Positions 29,578 to 38,111 of a stretch of DNA of 64,000 nt are shown piece after piece (positions within the stretch are counted from its first letter, which is position 1; the number at the start of each line of letters is the position of its first letter). The translations under genes were made by a program, and so were the position numbers. Source of the DNA: Aequorivita sp. (GTDB taxonomy: Bacteria > Bacteroidota > Bacteroidia > Flavobacteriales > Flavobacteriaceae); NCBI GenBank assembly GCA_034675805.1, contig JAUCCX010000001.1, positions 2,384,741-2,448,740 of the forward strand, written 5' to 3'. The notes below the pieces were generated by a model. The model had not been told where the DNA came from and did no database searches. It saw nothing but the letters and a program-made list of their open reading frames with translations.

Positions 29578-29621
29578 AAGATAGTAGGCTAATGCAATAA
29601 TGATCATTAGCCTACTATCTT
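29578..29621. repeat. 17-bp perfect inverted repeat (hairpin) downstream of the 29654 gene
   Basis: The sequence is AAGATAGTAGGCTAATG-(10 nt)-CATTAGCCTACTATCTT. There is no T-run on the minus-strand 3' side. An A-run follows it on the + strand. Confidence 0.85.
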
Positions 29622-29653
29622 AAACGGTAAAACAAGAAAAAAAAATTAAGTAA

Positions 29654-30133
29654 CTACCTATTGTCCATTTCTCCAATCACGGGAATATTCTCTAAGATTG
29701 TGGTTCTTAATTTACTCAGTATATAACCTTCGATTTGGTAAAATTGGGCAGCCGTTTTTACATCGACCTTTTTCTTTATTTTTCTGGCATAGGTACCGAT
29801 CAGCCTGTCTGTATTGACTTGGAGCTGCATCATTTCGTTGAGGATATCTCCGGTCGCAGCATCATCTAAGGAGTCATACCCATTGGCATAAGAGTTTAAT
29901 AATGCCAAGCGTCTTTTACCTAGATCTTTGCGTTTAATTTCGTATTCATCATAAATTGTCCAAAAGGCATCTTTTTTAACTCCATCAAGTTGAATAAATT
30001 CAGCAACCATGGCTTTCTTTTCCATACCAAATACAGATTGCATTAAATCGATTTCTTCTTTATTGCTTTGAGCAAATACAGTAGAAGATAGCGTAACTAA
30101 GGCTAGAGTAAGTGTAAAAATTAATTTTTTCAT
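29654..30133 (-). CDS. Exported 159-aa helical protein, family unknown (paralog of 42498..42977)
   Basis: It has a signal peptide (..STVFAQ). It aligns end-to-end by eye with the 42498 product (..SVFGMEKKA.VA.FI......FW..YDEYE.KRK.LGK.RL.LLN.Y...AAQF.QIEGY....R..I.E.IP.IGE). Confidence 0.7.
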   Translation of the reverse strand: MKKLIFTLTLALVTLSSTVFAQSNKEEIDLMQSVFGMEKKAMVAEFIQLDGVKKDAFWTIYDEYEIKRKDLGKRRLALLNSYANGYDSLDDAATGDILNEMMQLQVNTDRLIGTYARKIKKKVDVKTAAQFYQIEGYILSKLRTTILENIPVIGEMDNR

Positions 30134-30189
30134 AAGATTATGTTATAAGTATTAGTTAATAGAATAGTGTGATTTAAGGTTAAATTATA

Positions 30190-30438
30190 TTATTGTTTAT
30201 TGTTGTCTTTCGAGATCATTTCTAGAATTTCCTCTTCCAGATTTCGTTGTACCTCTTCATACTCCTCAATCTCCGCAGTATGTTTATTCGGTGTGTTTCT
30301 CATATCCAGAATCATTGAAGAACATAGAATGTGATCTAAACACAGATCTCTGAAATTTTCATCGGTTTGAAAAAGAAAATCAATCTTCTCTTCATAATCC
30401 GGAAATATTCTAACGATAGAAACGATTTTATTTAGCAT
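30190..30438 (-). CDS. Small cytoplasmic protein 'A' (82 aa), unknown family; one of three paralogs
   Basis: The product starts MLNKIVSIVRIFPDYEEKIDFLFQTDENFRDLCLDHILC and has an acidic helical C-terminus. It has no signal peptide. Box A lies 53 nt upstream. Confidence 0.75.
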   Translation of the reverse strand: MLNKIVSIVRIFPDYEEKIDFLFQTDENFRDLCLDHILCSSMILDMRNTPNKHTAEIEEYEEVQRNLEEEILEMISKDNNKQ

Positions 30439-30490
30439 TGAATGTCAGCCGGATTTTAATTATTCATGTAAATGTATATCAGCCTGATCA

Positions 30491-30526
30491 AAATTGTAAG
30501 TGTTACACGGTTACTTAACGGTTAAA
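30491..30526 (-). promoter_or_regulatory. Box A: conserved operator/promoter element
   Basis: The minus strand reads TTTAACCGTTAAGTAACCGTGTAACACTTACAATTT. It contains the direct repeat AACCGT-N5-AACCGT. The gene-proximal edge is 53 nt from the ATG at 30438. Confidence 0.7.
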
Positions 30527-30591
30527 GGGATGTGTATTTATTTGTTTATCAACCCTATAACGAAGCTTGTGAAATTTTAGAAGTTGGGATT

Positions 30592-31734
30592 TTAAAATGC
30601 TTCCGCGAAACTTATATAAGTTCCGTGAATACCACCTCTCCCAAAGCCAAAATCAAGACGTAGGTTTATTTTATTTTTGCTATCCACTTTCACTCTTAAG
30701 CCAGCTCCATAAGATGGCCAAAATCCATCGAAGGACAATTTATCATAAGATGGTGCTACCCTACCTGTTCCTACCCATCCTACTACTCCAAAAATATTCC
30801 ATACTGGCATTCTATATTCAAGCTGGGTATCTACAAGTACTTTATCTCGGAGTGCGCCTTCGTAATATCCTCTCATTTTATTTGCCCCACCAAGTAGCGC
30901 CAAATTATAAAAGGGAGCATCACCACCTAAAGATGTTGTGGTAGCTTGAAGGGCGATAACATGATTCAGCCAAGGATTAAAATATTTTCGCACATCCAAT
31001 TCAAACCTTGTGTATTGATAAGCGCTACCTAATGATTTTTCGTTGAAAATAAATTGCGCGGAAGCAAAAGCTCCATTAAATGGATTATAACGGTTATCAC
31101 GGCTATCAAATTCCAAAGAAAATCCCAAGCCGAAATTAGTTCCTCCGTTTAGTCCTGTTACTTGATCTTTTACTAAGAAACTGGTTGAGTCTGCTTCAAC
31201 TTTAATATAATCTGCAATATCAAGGATGGCACCTACATACATATTTTTATGAACGCGGATCATAGGATTAGTTTTAAAGCGAATTTGCTGTGTTGAAATT
31301 TCCTCTACATCTTCAATAGAAACACCATTCCCTATGCCGAAAATATATTCAGGAACTTCTCTATAGCTGAAAAAACTGATGATTATATATTTGTTTTCCT
31401 TCAGAATTAAATCGTTAGCCACTACAGCATTTATTCTTCCTTTTGAAGAAAAGGAAAGAAGTTCTGATATTTTAGATGGTTTGCTAATTGTATCCTTTTT
31501 TACGGGATGGAAGGCATTGAATTTGGCCAAACCCAAAACATTACCCGCCTCAGAGGAATAACTAACAATGGGAACAGGTATTACTTTGAATAGTTTCTCC
31601 GCTTTTTTATTGAATTTATCAAATTTGGATAGGCTATCCTCAGGCTTTTCGGGAGTGTCGGTTTGGGCTAGAATTCCGTTAATGCAAAGTATCAACAAAA
31701 TACAATAGCCAACAAATATTTTTAGAAACGTCAT
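30592..31734 (-). CDS. Omp85/BamA-family outer-membrane beta-barrel without POTRA domains
   Basis: It has a signal peptide (..INGILAQ). The C-terminal barrel motifs are ..LLGGANKMRGYYEGALRDK.. and the terminal ..GIHGTYISFAEAF. It is a paralog of 48361..49485. Confidence 0.75.
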   Translation of the reverse strand: MTFLKIFVGYCILLILCINGILAQTDTPEKPEDSLSKFDKFNKKAEKLFKVIPVPIVSYSSEAGNVLGLAKFNAFHPVKKDTISKPSKISELLSFSSKGRINAVVANDLILKENKYIIISFFSYREVPEYIFGIGNGVSIEDVEEISTQQIRFKTNPMIRVHKNMYVGAILDIADYIKVEADSTSFLVKDQVTGLNGGTNFGLGFSLEFDSRDNRYNPFNGAFASAQFIFNEKSLGSAYQYTRFELDVRKYFNPWLNHVIALQATTTSLGGDAPFYNLALLGGANKMRGYYEGALRDKVLVDTQLEYRMPVWNIFGVVGWVGTGRVAPSYDKLSFDGFWPSYGAGLRVKVDSKNKINLRLDFGFGRGGIHGTYISFAEAF

Positions 31735-31790
31735 AAAGTAGACTTGTTAGTTTGATTGTTGGTAGCAAACCATTTTTTCTGCTATAATGA

Positions 31791-32039
31791 TTATGAATAA
31801 TTGTTAACTTTCAATATTATTTGCAAGATTTCCTGTTCCAAATCTTTTTGTATCATTTCATACTCCTCAATTTCCACAGTATTTTCAGCTAGTTCTTTTT
31901 TCATTTTCAGTACCATGGCTGCACATAAAATATGGTCTAAACATAGATCACGGAAATTTTCATCGGATAGGAATAGAAAATCAATCTTCTTCTCAAAACC
32001 CGGAAATATCCGAACAATAGAAACGATTTTATTATGCAT
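31791..32039 (-). CDS. Small cytoplasmic protein 'B' (82 aa), paralog of A and C
   Basis: The product starts MHNKIVSIVRIFPGFEKKIDFLFLSDENFRDLCLDHILC. Box B lies 53 nt upstream. Confidence 0.75.
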   Translation of the reverse strand: MHNKIVSIVRIFPGFEKKIDFLFLSDENFRDLCLDHILCAAMVLKMKKELAENTVEIEEYEMIQKDLEQEILQIILKVNNYS

Positions 32040-32091
32040 AGGAATTCAACCGAATTTTGATTGGTGATGTAAATTTATAACAGACTAATCT

Positions 32092-32127
32092 AAATTGTAA
32101 GTGAAATACGGTTACTTAACGGTTAAA
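32092..32127 (-). promoter_or_regulatory. Box B: conserved operator/promoter element
   Basis: The minus strand reads TTTAACCGTTAAGTAACCGTATTTCACTTACAATTT. It is identical to box D over its first 32 nt. Confidence 0.7.
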
Positions 32128-32235
32128 AGAAGTGTGAACCCACAATAAACACAGCCCTTGGAGTGAGGCCTGTATGATTTTAGAAGATAGGGTTTTAAGG
32201 ATTTTCTATTTCAAATTATTCTTATGAAAGAAGAT

Positions 32236-33897
32236 TTAAGCTATACTAAGTCCAGCTTTTTTCACCCCTTCAATAATTTCTCCAATCAAAGGTTTATCAA
32301 GCAGAAATGAATCTAAGGTAGCATAAAGAGTACTCATAATCTTTGAATACTTTTCATTTAATAGTCTTACATCGTCTTGTGCCTCATCTTCTTTACCGAG
32401 TTGGCCTTTGGCGGCTGCTTTTGTCAAGGGATCGAGAAAGACATCTACGGTTTCTATTTTATTGGCATATATAAGAGCTTTATCGTATTGTTTCTTTTGG
32501 TAATGAACTAAGAAAAAACCAAAATAAAACCACCAGGGACAATGCGGATTCAGATCTAAAGATTGGGTAAGCAATACCTCAGCACGATCAAATTCTCCAG
32601 CGCAGGCCAAATTAAATCCAATACCACCCATTAAAGAAACAGAACCTGGGTTTAAGGACAGTGCATATTCCAATGCCTTGACTGCTTCGTTTTTGTTTTG
32701 CAAATAAACATTCAACCAGCCATATTCTTGATTTGCATGTTGGCACTGCGGATCTATCCTCAATGCTTTTTTGGTGAGTTCAAGAGCTATCTTTAAAGGG
32801 TCATTTACTGTTGGGTAGCCGAGCGAATGGGCCAGTACATATAGCTCTGCCAACATAGCCAGTCCTGTTGGATAATCTGGATCATGGCGTATTGCATTTT
32901 CTAGCGCCTCCCGGGTTTTTAAATAGGTCTCCTTCGAGTAGTTCATATGGAAATAGTAGTTCCAAAAGGTAGCATCAAAAGCTTCCATACTTGAAGCGAG
33001 TGGACGATTGGATCTAGAGTTATCTTGAATAATACATCCGTAGTATCCTCCTAACACTGAAAAAATATTTTCAACGATCTGATCTTGGATAGTTATTAGG
33101 TTTTCAAAATTTAGGGGATGATTGTATGTTTTGGACCAAACTTGCATCCCATTCACCGTTTTTACCATCTCTACATTCACCCGGATATCGCGAGATGAAC
33201 GTTTTACAGATCCGGTTATAATGTAATGCACCCCTAAATCGGAACCTATAATTCGGATATCTTCAGGATTAGTAGCGTACTTACGTGTGGAATGATGAGC
33301 AACCACGTCAATATCCTGAGACCTACTGAAGAGCCGAGTAAGTTCCTCCCCAAATCCGTCTACAAAAAACTGATACTCCCCGCCCTGCCATAAGTTGCGA
33401 AATGGAAGTACCGCCAAGGTGATCTTTGAACGCGAAAACACAACCGAATTATTATCATCGGTCTTTGTTGTAGTCTTTGTGTTTGTATTTTTCTCAGACT
33501 CTTCCTTTACAATTTCCTTTGTCTTATTGATTAAATGCGGTCGAAACATTGGCACATACGTGCCTTTAACAACCTCAATCTTTATGGTGTCTGTAATTCC
33601 TATACCCATGTAATATTCGTTCAAAAGTCTCCTTAGTCTGCCGGCATGAATACGAACAATAGCGTCTATTTGTGGATTAAAGTCATCGGGTTTTCCCAAA
33701 GCACTTACGGCAATGGTATATTCCTTTAAGCCTTCGGTGTTGCCCTCTAGGGTTTCTTCAACAATAAACTTTAGAAAATTTGATAGTACAGAAGAACGGG
33801 AAAACATATCACTAGAAAGAATTCGATCCAGTTCATCTTGGATCTCCTTTTTTGAGAAATCGGGTAATATGCATTTATCTGATGAGTCGAGCGACAT
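32236..33897 (-). CDS. Multidomain regulator 1: conserved N-terminal (putative DNA-binding) domain + TolB_N-like domain + C-terminal TPR
   Basis: The N-terminus is ..ELDRILSSDMFSRSSVLSNFLKFIVEETLEGNTEGLKEYTIAV..DFNPQIDAIVRIHAGRLRRLLNEYY. The middle is ..TLAVLPFRNL...FFVDGFGEELTRLFS...GVHYIITGSVKRS..IRVNV (TolB_N-like). The C-terminus has several TPR-like repeats. I see no TM segment. Confidence 0.7.
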   Translation of the reverse strand: MSLDSSDKCILPDFSKKEIQDELDRILSSDMFSRSSVLSNFLKFIVEETLEGNTEGLKEYTIAVSALGKPDDFNPQIDAIVRIHAGRLRRLLNEYYMGIGITDTIKIEVVKGTYVPMFRPHLINKTKEIVKEESEKNTNTKTTTKTDDNNSVVFSRSKITLAVLPFRNLWQGGEYQFFVDGFGEELTRLFSRSQDIDVVAHHSTRKYATNPEDIRIIGSDLGVHYIITGSVKRSSRDIRVNVEMVKTVNGMQVWSKTYNHPLNFENLITIQDQIVENIFSVLGGYYGCIIQDNSRSNRPLASSMEAFDATFWNYYFHMNYSKETYLKTREALENAIRHDPDYPTGLAMLAELYVLAHSLGYPTVNDPLKIALELTKKALRIDPQCQHANQEYGWLNVYLQNKNEAVKALEYALSLNPGSVSLMGGIGFNLACAGEFDRAEVLLTQSLDLNPHCPWWFYFGFFLVHYQKKQYDKALIYANKIETVDVFLDPLTKAAAKGQLGKEDEAQDDVRLLNEKYSKIMSTLYATLDSFLLDKPLIGEIIEGVKKAGLSIA

Positions 33898-34425
33898 TTA
33901 GAGTTTATAAACTGATTAACAATGTATTGATGTTTAATATTTTATACTAAAAACAAGACATTCACAATAATCAATTCACACCCTACATTTTGATTTTTCC
34001 TGAGCCGTCTCACTTGGGAGAACGAAAATATGAAAAGAGAATAGAATAATCTAGCGTTCAATGAGTAATATTTAACATAAATTATCTATCAAATATAGTT
34101 AAAATTGTTAAAAAAATATTTCTATTAATTTAACTAAGCCATATATCATTGGCTTTGAGAACCGATGATAAACTAGTAGAAGATAAAAATCGGAGTTTGC
34201 CTATTCTGGTTGGATCGTTGAGCAATAGGGTCTATGCAATACTAAGCTTAGGTCTCATCTCACAAAATGGAGGCTACCGTTATTTATTTGTTAGCATAAT
34301 AAAATAGAAAAGGGATGAAAGTTGAAAATTCTGTTTTTATACGTAATTGCAAAAAGAACAAGCAAATGCAATAAATAGATTTAAGGCTTTCTTGTTATAT
34401 ATTTCAAGCTTTTAATAATTGATTA

Positions 34426-35448
34426 TCAATTATCAAAAGGAAATATTTTCAGCCAATCATTCTTCATACTAACTACATTCCAGTTACCTTCTTTTGCTGC
34501 ATTTAGCGAAGCATTATCCTTTTCGGCGTAAGCATATTCACGCTCTTCATCATCGTGGTTAATCAACAATTGAAAATTGGGCAATGGATTTGTTTGACTA
34601 AAAGAGAGTTGACCTATATCTCCCCCGCTTCTAACGTTTCCGCCAACAAATATTGGAATACGACCAATTTGTTGTTGAATAGCAATGGGCTTAAGTTCCT
34701 TATCGCACATAAATAAATTTTCATGGCCTTTCATAACCTTCCATGAACCATCCTCCATCTTACTATAGGTATTTAAAGCAAAACTCCCGATGGTATTCTC
34801 TGGAACTATACCGTAAGCAGACGTACCTATTACTCGCATAAAATCCGTTCCTCCACCGGAACATAAATATGTTTTAAAATCATTCTCACGCAGGTATTGC
34901 AAAAGCTCCAGCATGGGTTGATAAATTGTTTCAGAATATTTTTTATTAAACTTTGAATGCCGAGTATCTTTAAAAAATTCTTCAACGTCCTTATTAAATT
35001 GTTGAATAGGCATCCCAGTGGAGGTTACAACAAATAGTTTCATCAACTCTCTTCCGTGGTTATTCATTAAATCATCTACTAAGAAACTTTTATCGCCGTC
35101 GAGAATTGCCTTATACGGCAATTGATCTTTCCATTCGGGATGTTCATGAGCCATTTTTTTTATTTGATAAACAACGAATTCCAACTGAACTACAGGTTGC
35201 TCGCACCACAAAGTACCATCATTATCAAAAGTAGCTATGCGCTCTTCTGGGTTTACATAATTGGCTCCACCTTTTTGGGTAACTTGATTCACAAAATCAA
35301 TAATATCCGTTTTATTTGGGCCGTCTTTCCAGGATGGTAAAGGATTCAATGAAACAGCTTTGTCGTTAGTTTCTTGTTTTGGATTTGGCTGGTTACAGCC
35401 TGAAATCACTACCAATAAAATACTAGTTAAGAGTAAAAAATTTTTCAT
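34426..35448 (-). CDS. HAD-superfamily hydrolase-like lipoprotein (putative periplasmic phosphatase)
   Basis: It has the lipobox VVISGCNQ and the HAD motif I, ATFDNDGTLW. Later GGN..SGGDIGQL could be motif IV-like. Confidence 0.55.
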   Translation of the reverse strand: MKNFLLLTSILLVVISGCNQPNPKQETNDKAVSLNPLPSWKDGPNKTDIIDFVNQVTQKGGANYVNPEERIATFDNDGTLWCEQPVVQLEFVVYQIKKMAHEHPEWKDQLPYKAILDGDKSFLVDDLMNNHGRELMKLFVVTSTGMPIQQFNKDVEEFFKDTRHSKFNKKYSETIYQPMLELLQYLRENDFKTYLCSGGGTDFMRVIGTSAYGIVPENTIGSFALNTYSKMEDGSWKVMKGHENLFMCDKELKPIAIQQQIGRIPIFVGGNVRSGGDIGQLSFSQTNPLPNFQLLINHDDEEREYAYAEKDNASLNAAKEGNWNVVSMKNDWLKIFPFDN

Positions 35449-35501
35449 TTTAATAATTTTTAAATTTTTATAATATAAAACGGATTAAATTATAGTTAAG
35501 G

Positions 35502-35744
35502 TCAATTCTCGTTCTTCATAATTCTTTGGAGAATTTCTTCCTCCAAATTTCTTTGTAAGTCTTCATATTCCATAAGTTTCGTATCATTTTTAAGTGCATC
35601 ATTTTTCATTTCCAGTGCCATAGATGCACATAAAATGTAATCTAAACATAGATCCCTAAAATTTTCATCAGTTTGAAATAGAAAACCAATCTTCTCCTCA
35701 AAATCTGGAAATATTTGAATAATAGAAATTATTTTAGTATTCAT
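35502..35744 (-). CDS. Small cytoplasmic protein 'C' (80 aa), paralog of A and B
   Basis: The product starts MNTKIISIIQIFPDFEEKIGFLFQTDENFRDLCLDYILC. I chose the start at 35744, not the track's 35765. That choice aligns with A and B and reproduces the 53-nt box-to-ATG spacing. Confidence 0.7.
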   Translation of the reverse strand: MNTKIISIIQIFPDFEEKIGFLFQTDENFRDLCLDYILCASMALEMKNDALKNDTKLMEYEDLQRNLEEEILQRIMKNEN

Positions 35745-35796
35745 AGGAAGTAATCCAAATTTCATTTAATAGTATAAATGTAAATCAGACTAATCC

Positions 35797-35832
35797 AAAT
35801 TGTAAGTATTACACGGTTACTTAACGGTTAAA
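35797..35832 (-). promoter_or_regulatory. Box C: conserved operator/promoter element
   Basis: The minus strand reads TTTAACCGTTAAGTAACCGTGTAATACTTACAATTT. Confidence 0.7.
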
Positions 35833-35850
35833 AGTGAGGTGAATTTATAT

Positions 35851-35876
35851 AAAAACAGCCCTTATAATCAGGGCTA
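35851..35876 (-). terminator. Candidate terminator after regulator 2
   Basis: On the minus strand, AGCCCT-(7 nt)-AGGGCT is followed by GTTTTT. It separates regulator 2 from box C. Confidence 0.4.
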
Positions 35877-35940
35877 TATAGTTTTTGATAAGAGAATCCA
35901 AAGTTTGTTTATTCTATTTTCAAGCGCTAAAAAAATTGAT

Positions 35941-37599
35941 TTAGGAAATAGTAACTCCCGCTTTTTTTGCGCCTTCAATAATTTCGGAAATTAAAGACTT
36001 ATCTAGAATAAAAGTGCCAAGGGAAGCTTCAAGATTACCCATAATTTCTGAAAAATCTTCGTTCAACCGTCGTACATTCGCTTGAGCTTCCGATACCAAT
36101 CCCAATTTCCCAAAAGCTGCAGCTTTAAATAAAGGATCCAGGAAGACATCTTCGGAAGCATTAAACTTTTGGGCATACATCAAAGCTTTTTTATACTTTC
36201 CACTCTGATAATAAATAAAGAATAAAGCCTCGTAATACCAATAAGGACAATATGGATTTAAATCCAATGACCTGTGCAGCAAAACTTGCGCACGCTTATA
36301 CTCCCCCAAACATGCAAAGCCAAAACCCAGTTGACCATCCACCGAAGCCGAATTATGGCCCAAGGTTTTACTATACTCAAATGCTTTAATTGATTCCTCC
36401 TTATCTCCCAAGTAGATGTTTGCCCAGCCATATATTATGTGGGCGTATTGTGAGAATGGAGCTAGTTTTATCGCTTTTTTGATTAACTTAATGGCTTCAT
36501 TAATGGGATCTGCTATATTTGGATATCCAAGCGAGTGTGTAAATAAATAGGTATCTCCCAAGATAACCAGGCACATTGCGTTATTCGGATCACTTTGAAG
36601 TACCTTTTCCAGAGCCTTTCTACTTTTTACACAGGCCTCCATAGAATGTGTTTTTTGTGCGTAATAATTCCACAAAATAGCATCAAAAGATTGGATATCC
36701 TGCTTCATTTCAGACTCCACTAACTTCATTGTATCTCTAACTAAAAATCCATATTGGCCACTTAAAATTGAAAAAACATCATGGTCAATTTGATCCTGAA
36801 TATCAATTATTTCATCTTTTTCTAGATCGTGCGTATAATTCTTAGACCAAATTTGAATACTATTCACGGTTTCAATCAATACAACATTTACTCTAATATC
36901 TTTATTGGAGCGTTTTACGGAGCCCGTTATAACGTAATGAACTCCTAAGTCCGCACCAATTACACGGATATCTTCATTAATAGTGGCGTACTTTAAAGAA
37001 GAAAAATGCGCAACCACGGCAATATCCTCTTCAGTACTAAAGATCCTTGTAAGTTCTTCCCCAAATCCATCAACAAAAAATTGATATTCTCCATTGGGGC
37101 ATAAATTTCGAAATGGAAGGACCGCTAAGGTTAGTTTTGATCGGGAATATACCGTTGGCTTATCCTCAGAACCTGGTGCTTCCTTGGTTTCAAGTTTTAT
37201 CTTAACGGGAGTTTTCACTTCTAATTGCTGTGTAGATTGTGTGCGAAATGCTGGGACATACGTACCCTTAACCACTTCAATCTTTATAGAATTATTGAGC
37301 CCAGCTCCCATATAATACTCGTTTAACAACCTTCTTAATCTACCAGCATGAATACGGACAATAGCATCTATTTGCGGGTTAAAATCATCAGATTTTCCCA
37401 AGGCATTTACGGCAATTATATATTCCTTAAGTCCTTCAGTTTTACCTTCTACAGTTTCTTCTACAATGAACTTCAGAAAATTAGTTAAAACGGAAGATCT
37501 GGAAAAAATATCACTAGCTAAGATTCGATCCAATTCATCTAATACCTCTTTTTTGGAGAATTCGGGAAAAACACGTTTTGATGATGGGTCAGGCTGCAT
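35941..37599 (-). CDS. Multidomain regulator 2 (paralog of regulator 1)
   Basis: The domain order matches regulator 1. A 99-residue N-terminal stretch differs from regulator 1 at 14 positions by my count. The TPR region is much more diverged. Confidence 0.7.
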   Translation of the reverse strand: MQPDPSSKRVFPEFSKKEVLDELDRILASDIFSRSSVLTNFLKFIVEETVEGKTEGLKEYIIAVNALGKSDDFNPQIDAIVRIHAGRLRRLLNEYYMGAGLNNSIKIEVVKGTYVPAFRTQSTQQLEVKTPVKIKLETKEAPGSEDKPTVYSRSKLTLAVLPFRNLCPNGEYQFFVDGFGEELTRIFSTEEDIAVVAHFSSLKYATINEDIRVIGADLGVHYVITGSVKRSNKDIRVNVVLIETVNSIQIWSKNYTHDLEKDEIIDIQDQIDHDVFSILSGQYGFLVRDTMKLVESEMKQDIQSFDAILWNYYAQKTHSMEACVKSRKALEKVLQSDPNNAMCLVILGDTYLFTHSLGYPNIADPINEAIKLIKKAIKLAPFSQYAHIIYGWANIYLGDKEESIKAFEYSKTLGHNSASVDGQLGFGFACLGEYKRAQVLLHRSLDLNPYCPYWYYEALFFIYYQSGKYKKALMYAQKFNASEDVFLDPLFKAAAFGKLGLVSEAQANVRRLNEDFSEIMGNLEASLGTFILDKSLISEIIEGAKKAGVTIS

Positions 37600-37869
37600 T
37601 GAATGTTGATATGTAAATTAGTATTGTACTGATATATAGGATGGTAAACTAAAGATAAGACTTACAGAATAACCAATTCACATTCTCCAATTTTATTTTC
37701 CAAGAAGTGTCTCTATTAGAAAGATAGAAGTTTGTTAAGGCAATCAGCCAATGCTAAAGTTCAATATGTTTTGTTAAAATTCTATCTCTCAAATATAGTT
37801 AAAATTATCAAAGGTATTTTTTGTTTTTTAGTCGGAAAAGGCACTGTTTACAAAGGTTTTACAATTTGG

Positions 37870-37901
37870 TTTAACCGTTAAGTAACCGTATTTCACTTAC
37901 A
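37870..37901 (+). promoter_or_regulatory. Box D: conserved operator/promoter element heading the + strand gene array
   Basis: The + strand reads TTTAACCGTTAAGTAACCGTATTTCACTTACA. It lies in the divergent region between regulator 2 (start 37599) and the DUF1254/DUF1214 gene (start 38112). Confidence 0.65.
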
Positions 37902-38111
37902 TGGTGAATAGTATGTCCTTATTTTTGATTGTGATTATTTGTGTTCTGACGGGATATTCAATTAATAAATTGAATAAATATTTATCAGAAAGCTCATTTA
38001 TAGAATCGAATACTAATAAACAAAATCACTAAAATTTATGTACCACAAATTACTATATACAGGAATCGTGAGCGTGTATTTCGCTCTTAAATCAACTAAA
38101 AACTATTAATT

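Noticed and set aside
37901-38032. 43-codon ORF (MVNSMSLFLIVIICVLTGYSINK...) starting at the last base of box D, as a possible fourth small protein or leader peptide
   Set aside because: It has no similarity to the three ~80-aa paralogs. Its ATG overlaps the box, so it is probably upstream of the transcription start. Its hydrophobic AT-rich composition is expected by chance. Testing it would need Ribo-seq.
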